Below, one piece after another: positions 25,055-28,668 of a DNA stretch of 28,668 nt. The notes beneath the pieces are model-generated. The model worked only from the letters and a program-made list of their open reading frames with translations. It ran no database searches and was not told the origin of the DNA. How positions within the stretch are numbered: position 1 is the stretch's first letter; each line of letters starts with the position of its first letter. The DNA lies in the IMG/VR virus record IMGVR_UViG_3300030372_000996, positions 1-28,668 of that record; one strand, 5' to 3'. Both the position numbers and the translations under genes were made by a program. Source of the DNA: a virus (lineage: Duplodnaviria; Caudoviricetes).

Positions 25055-25639
25055 TTAGAACCTCATAACAACAGTTGATGACGTTCTGCGTCCATGCTTT
25101 ACGTCAAGTTTCCGTCTGTGCGCTTTTACTTCACGCCGATAATTATCTCGCCAAGTCAATAATTCTTCTGGTGACATTTTAGTTAATGATCGTCCTGCAA
25201 TACTGTAACTAGACACATCTGCATCTGCACGGTTTTCTAATACAGCTTCAATCTTTTGCAGCATCTTTTCAGCATGAGTTCTTGGATCGACAGCATTAAC
25301 GTCCAGATCAACCGTTACATCCAACTCACCTTGATCAAGGATAAGTCTATTGTTTGAACTGGTTTCAAGCACTTCAATCTGATAATGATAAAGTCCGGCT
25401 GTAAAAGCTGCGGTTGCATTGCTACTAGCAGAAAACAAATAATCATCACCGCTGTTACTCGCAGCAATGCTAAACTCAACATTTGCCCCAGTTCCAGATC
25501 GCGCCATAAATGTCATTGAGTGTGATGTATTCGGATAATCTGACGAGAACTCTGTTAGCTTAAATTGAACAAGATCACCGATAACAATGGCTCTTGGTAC
25601 TTCCTTGGGTGCATTATCAGCGTCAAATAAATTTGCCAT
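25055..25639 (-). CDS. Head completion protein (gpW-like C-terminus with an N-terminal extension)
   Basis: SSYSIAGRSLTK...ELL.WRDNYRREV motif; located between TerL and portal. Confidence 0.75.
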   Translation of the reverse strand: MANLFDADNAPKEVPRAIVIGDLVQFKLTEFSSDYPNTSHSMTFMARSGTGANVEFSIAASNSGDDYLFSASSNATAAFTAGLYHYQIEVLETSSNNRLILDQGELDVTVDLDVNAVDPRTHAEKMLQKIEAVLENRADADVSSYSIAGRSLTKMSPEELLTWRDNYRREVKAHRRKLDVKHGRRTSSTVVMRF

Positions 25640-25642
25640 ATG

Positions 25643-27478
25643 CTAATATCCTGTTACAAAATTATTTGGACGCGGTTTGAATATGCGCCTCTTGGGAACT
25701 GCTTGAGTTGATTTTACCTTATTTTTGCCCTGTTTTGCAAGGTGTTCAATGTTTAATCCCATCAATTCAAGTGCAGCCATCGCATAAACCCTACAATCTA
25801 AGGCTTCGTTGCGTTGTCTAATCTTTACCCATTCCCTTTTTGGACGCCCTTTATAATACTTTGTCACCTTCTTTTCTGATGTCAGCATCCGGAAATATTC
25901 TTCATTATGAGTAAATGGAAAGTGACAATATCCGGCTCCTTCATCCGTTATCTTTAGTCTGGCAAAGATCAGTTCTTTGGCCGTATCCGTTCCGACAGGA
26001 AATAAATTAATCTTACCAATATTATTTCTGCTTGGCTTTCCGGCAATCGGCTTGCCCTCGCCACCAATACCCTTGATAGCAAACACACGCTTTCCGGCTC
26101 TTTGCCGTGCATAATTATAAACTTGTTGCGTGTAGTGACCACCACTATCAACACAAGTTGATCTGATTATCATTTCACCCCTGATCGGATGCACAAACGT
26201 CTGACCAAGGACTTCATCCAATCTTTGCCATAATTCTGCACTTGATGGATCACCATATATTTCATCATATTGAATTGACCAAGTTTCGTGACCGCTTCCA
26301 GTTCCTAATATCTCAAAAGCAACTCGATCATCCTGAATGTCAACACCGGCTGTCAATACAACAACACCTTCAGGAACATCATCCGGCCAATCTTCACGCC
26401 GTTCGAATAAATCATATTCATCTATTCTTTCACCTTGTTCTTCCCAAGTCTCGCCAAGAAATGTGTTTACCCATGTTTTAAGTCTCATTGGATCACGTTT
26501 TGATTTAACAAATTCGTCAACAGCTTCAATGATTGATACCCAAGGTGAATAAAGTGCAGAAATATGAAAACCGGCAACTCCATCAAATTCTTCTGTTGCC
26601 ACCCATTTACCTTTAGAGACTGCTTTGTGACGATCTGGGTCAGTCCAAGCAACACCACATTCGTCACAATAATAAGCTGCAGTTTTTGGATCACTACCTT
26701 CCCATTGCACATTTTTCCATTCTAAAACTTGTTCATGATTACAGTGTGGACATGGCACATAATATTTTCTTTTGTCTGTCTCTTCATAGGCATCTTCTAT
26801 TCTTGATGAACCCTTGTCAGTTGGAGTGCTAACCATGACAATTTTCCTGTTCCAGAATGTTAAAGCTCTCTTTGTTGCTAGTGCAATCGGGTCACCTTCT
26901 TCACCGGCTGAAACTGGATAGCGGTCAACCTCATCAAATAATACTAATCTGATCGGACGGCTCGCCATTCCTGCCGGACTATTTGCGCCAACTAAACTTA
27001 AAGACCCTGCCGGATACGTTTTATGTAATGTTGTATTTCCACTATCTCTTGCCCTTGGGTCTTTTACTTTACCTCTTAAACTTGGAGTTGTGTTAAGCAA
27101 ACCAGAAGTAATTCTATCTTTGGAAAATGATTGAGCCATTTCGACAGTTGGCTGCATCAATAAGGTAGGGCATGGATCATGCTCAATGTGATAGCCAATT
27201 ATATTTAATAATGCTTCCGATTTTCCTAGTTGCGCTCCGGCCATTACAACAACTTGTCTGATAGATGGATCGCTTACTGCATCCATAATACCACGTTGAT
27301 ATTCTGCTCTCGATGTGTTCCATCTTCCGGCTTCTGAGCTACTTTGAGAACTTAGCCGTCTTTTTTGGTCTGCCCACTGGCTTACGTTTAGTTTTGGAGG
27401 TGGCTTTAATATCTCCATCGCTCTCTTCAATCCCTTCGTCAATAATTGTCGAGCTTGAGGGGTCTGAAAGTGGGTCAT
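25643..27478 (-). CDS. terL: Terminase large subunit (lambda GpA family)
   Basis: Walker A AQLGKSE, Walker B LFDEVDRY, STPT, CPHC/CDEC, GVDIQ and NEALDCRVYA. Start uncertain (27493, 27478 or 27433). Confidence 0.96.
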   Translation of the reverse strand: MTHFQTPQARQLLTKGLKRAMEILKPPPKLNVSQWADQKRRLSSQSSSEAGRWNTSRAEYQRGIMDAVSDPSIRQVVVMAGAQLGKSEALLNIIGYHIEHDPCPTLLMQPTVEMAQSFSKDRITSGLLNTTPSLRGKVKDPRARDSGNTTLHKTYPAGSLSLVGANSPAGMASRPIRLVLFDEVDRYPVSAGEEGDPIALATKRALTFWNRKIVMVSTPTDKGSSRIEDAYEETDKRKYYVPCPHCNHEQVLEWKNVQWEGSDPKTAAYYCDECGVAWTDPDRHKAVSKGKWVATEEFDGVAGFHISALYSPWVSIIEAVDEFVKSKRDPMRLKTWVNTFLGETWEEQGERIDEYDLFERREDWPDDVPEGVVVLTAGVDIQDDRVAFEILGTGSGHETWSIQYDEIYGDPSSAELWQRLDEVLGQTFVHPIRGEMIIRSTCVDSGGHYTQQVYNYARQRAGKRVFAIKGIGGEGKPIAGKPSRNNIGKINLFPVGTDTAKELIFARLKITDEGAGYCHFPFTHNEEYFRMLTSEKKVTKYYKGRPKREWVKIRQRNEALDCRVYAMAALELMGLNIEHLAKQGKNKVKSTQAVPKRRIFKPRPNNFVTGY

Positions 27479-27761
27479 AGTTTGCGAGTTCATTAAGGCA
27501 TTCCCTAATCTGATTTTCTAATTGATCTTGAATATTCCCTGCATCTAATTCACTCGCTAAAATTGGCCCCATTTTTGTAGGTAAAGCAAGCAACTTCGCT
27601 TTCAATGCCGCCAAAACATCATCCCAAGCCTTAACAACATCATCAACAAGTGCTAATTCCCTTCTGACTTTTGCTAATTCTAATTCTGCAATCTCGGCTT
27701 CGGCTGAAACTTTTCTTGTTCTAGCCTCATCATAAGTTAAATATGGTGCTTGCTCGTTCAT
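27339..27761 (-). CDS. terS: Terminase small subunit (Nu1-like coiled-coil part)
   Basis: YDEARTRK..AEAEIAELELA...LLALP motif; immediately upstream of and overlapping TerL. Confidence 0.85.
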   Translation of the reverse strand: MNEQAPYLTYDEARTRKVSAEAEIAELELAKVRRELALVDDVVKAWDDVLAALKAKLLALPTKMGPILASELDAGNIQDQLENQIRECLNELANYDPLSDPSSSTIIDEGIEESDGDIKATSKTKRKPVGRPKKTAKFSK

Positions 27762-28573
27762 TTGATAATCTGCTTTTTTTTTACATACTTTGAGAACTCA
27801 TCTAGCGTTCTTGTTTGCTTAGACGAATTACACCCCAAACACATAACGCTTATATTTGCTATTGTGTGTTTTCCACCCCTTGATAACGGAACATCATGAT
27901 CAATGGTTTTATTTGATGGAGCTACTGGATAACTTTGCGTCATTCTAACACCGCAATGACTGCAATGACTGGTTTGCCTCAATAGATTACTAAGAACAGA
28001 AATGGTAATAGTTCCGTCATCAGTATCCTTTATTTGCTCAACTCTATCAGGTTGATCTGAATAAATCTTTGCTTTTGCCGCTTCACAACACTTACAATAA
28101 GGACGTTTCTTATCTCTTCCATTTGGATTATATGAAAAATCATCGAATGGTAATCTTAATTCACATTCAAAGCACGTTTTCATTTGCTCCTTAATATCTA
28201 TTTCGATCTGATCCCATGTTCTTCTATTGCTGCAACAATATGGTAAATATGATTTCTGCCGCTCGTTGTAAAATTCTCTTCTTGGCTTAGTACTTCCGCA
28301 ATTAGTACAAGTTTGATTTTCAGATAGCCATGCTTCTTTCTTTTGCTTAGATGATTTAGACGCTTCTATTGTAGCCGGTGACCTATAACCGTTTGCGACT
28401 GAATATCTTGATCTATGGCAATCCTTACAAATAGATTTGTATCTACCTCTCGATTTATGAAAGTTAGAACTGTCATGCCATGTTTCACAATGCTTGCAAA
28501 ATACTGCAATTTGTCCGTTATTATCTTTAATACGGCTTAAATATTCGTTAATTTTATTAGTGCCAGTTGTCAT
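27758..28573 (-). CDS. HNH endonuclease with three N-terminal zinc-ribbon repeats
   Basis: CSHCG...TIDHDVPLSRGGKHTIANISVMCLGCNSSK HNH motif; CxxC...F...C repeats; ATGA overlap with terS. Confidence 0.9.
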   Translation of the reverse strand: MTTGTNKINEYLSRIKDNNGQIAVFCKHCETWHDSSNFHKSRGRYKSICKDCHRSRYSVANGYRSPATIEASKSSKQKKEAWLSENQTCTNCGSTKPRREFYNERQKSYLPYCCSNRRTWDQIEIDIKEQMKTCFECELRLPFDDFSYNPNGRDKKRPYCKCCEAAKAKIYSDQPDRVEQIKDTDDGTITISVLSNLLRQTSHCSHCGVRMTQSYPVAPSNKTIDHDVPLSRGGKHTIANISVMCLGCNSSKQTRTLDEFSKYVKKKQIIK

Positions 28574-28668
28574 TAGCCACCTATTCTGTGACTAGGATTT
28601 TATCTTGCTTTACTCTTTATAACAAGTGGAAATTCTGAGTGGGCAAAAAAATCAAGGTCCGAATTACC

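Larger units (their letters stand above)
1..28668. mobile_element. Lambda-like tailed phage (siphovirus) genome, near-complete
   Basis: Contiguous packaging, head, tail, lysis and replication modules. No host genes at either end. Confidence 0.97.

Noticed and set aside
1-28668. tRNA, integrase/att site, or alternative genetic code
   Set aside because: No cloverleaf or recombinase motifs were seen, and genes are full-length and tightly packed under the standard code.

Overview
The whole window is a compact, apparently near-complete lambda-like siphovirus genome of about 29 kb. The host is probably a marine alphaproteobacterium, inferred from the GTA-type holin and the small-ORF families. Reading right to left, the minus strand encodes an HNH nuclease, TerS, TerL (GpA type), gpW, a lambda-type portal, a 974-aa multidomain protease-capsid fusion, head-tail joining proteins, tail tube, G/GT chaperones with a -1 frameshift, a short tape measure, Dit/hub/NlpC-like/central tip proteins, a tail fibre with an S74 chaperone, several small membrane proteins, a holin and a GH19 endolysin. 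A short plus-strand early operon (6684-8097) diverges from a minus-strand replication operon: RHH regulator, resolvase, DNA methyltransferase, RecE-like exonuclease, SSB, primase-helicase with an iteron origin, and a PAPS-reductase-like protein. A gpZ-like gene follows and runs off the left edge. No integrase, CI-like repressor, DNA polymerase, tRNA or CRISPR array is visible. The most notable observations are three promoter-plus-hairpin small-RNA candidates (one counter-transcribed to the primase leader), a capsid polyprotein carrying a cupredoxin-like domain and nested start sites, an EF-hand membrane protein next to the holin, a TerS lacking an HTH but carrying an AT-hook-like tail, and a probable AUC start codon. 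All family assignments come from motif recognition, not database searches.
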